DNA of 37,730 nucleotides from Arcobacteraceae bacterium (lineage in GTDB: Bacteria; Campylobacterota; Campylobacteria; Campylobacterales; Arcobacteraceae), in assembly GCA_048268245.1 (NCBI GenBank), contig JBLWVX010000026.1:1-37730 (forward strand), read 5' to 3'. The translations under genes were made by a program, and so were the position numbers. Positions 37,637-37,730 of this stretch are shown here, in pieces (positions within the stretch are counted from its first letter, which is position 1; every line of letters begins with the position of its first letter). Below the pieces are notes generated by a model. It did no database searches, had not been told where the DNA came from, and saw nothing but the letters and a program-made list of their open reading frames with translations.

Positions 37637-37730
37637 CCAAATTTAGAGGGAATACTCTTTCCCTCTAATATTTTAAAATATAAACTCTAAAATAACTTAT
37701 AAAACCTATACTTCCTATATTTTTATAAAT

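Larger units (their letters stand above)
32131..37730. mobile_element. Left part of an integrated phage-satellite-like element / genomic island; extends beyond the window
   Basis: att fragment, GATATGCCA direct repeats at 32207 and 32219, Fic TA pair, divergent HTH and excisionase-like genes, primase and helicase. Integrase not in the window. Confidence 0.78.

Overview
AT-rich chromosomal window from a Campylobacterota bacterium; gene content points to Arcobacteraceae (inference). From left to right: (1) the distal end of a CRISPR array (22 identical 30-bp repeats plus a degenerate terminal copy; no cas genes in the window); (2) BLUF, FTR-rhodanese fusion, AI-2E transporter, ruvB, panB, a triple-SBP histidine kinase, trpA and an arginyltransferase; (3) a ~12-kb iron island with many Fur boxes, containing two Fur paralogues, feoAB, flavodoxin, DUF2325, a porin and, most interestingly, a ferrosome-like (fez) cluster built around a P1B-6 ATPase (DYSCA/HNxxT) with small GxxxG membrane proteins, a membrane-tailed ferritin-like protein and several unannotated small ORFs; (4) a di-haem peroxidase-family gene abutting a membrane PAS-PAS-GGDEF-EAL gene; (5) three nuclease-domain genes; (6) the left end of a satellite-like element inserted at a tmRNA-type 3' end, carrying a Fic toxin-antitoxin pair, an IS630-derived regulator-like gene and a split primase-helicase module. 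All family calls come from visual motif recognition; no database searches were run.
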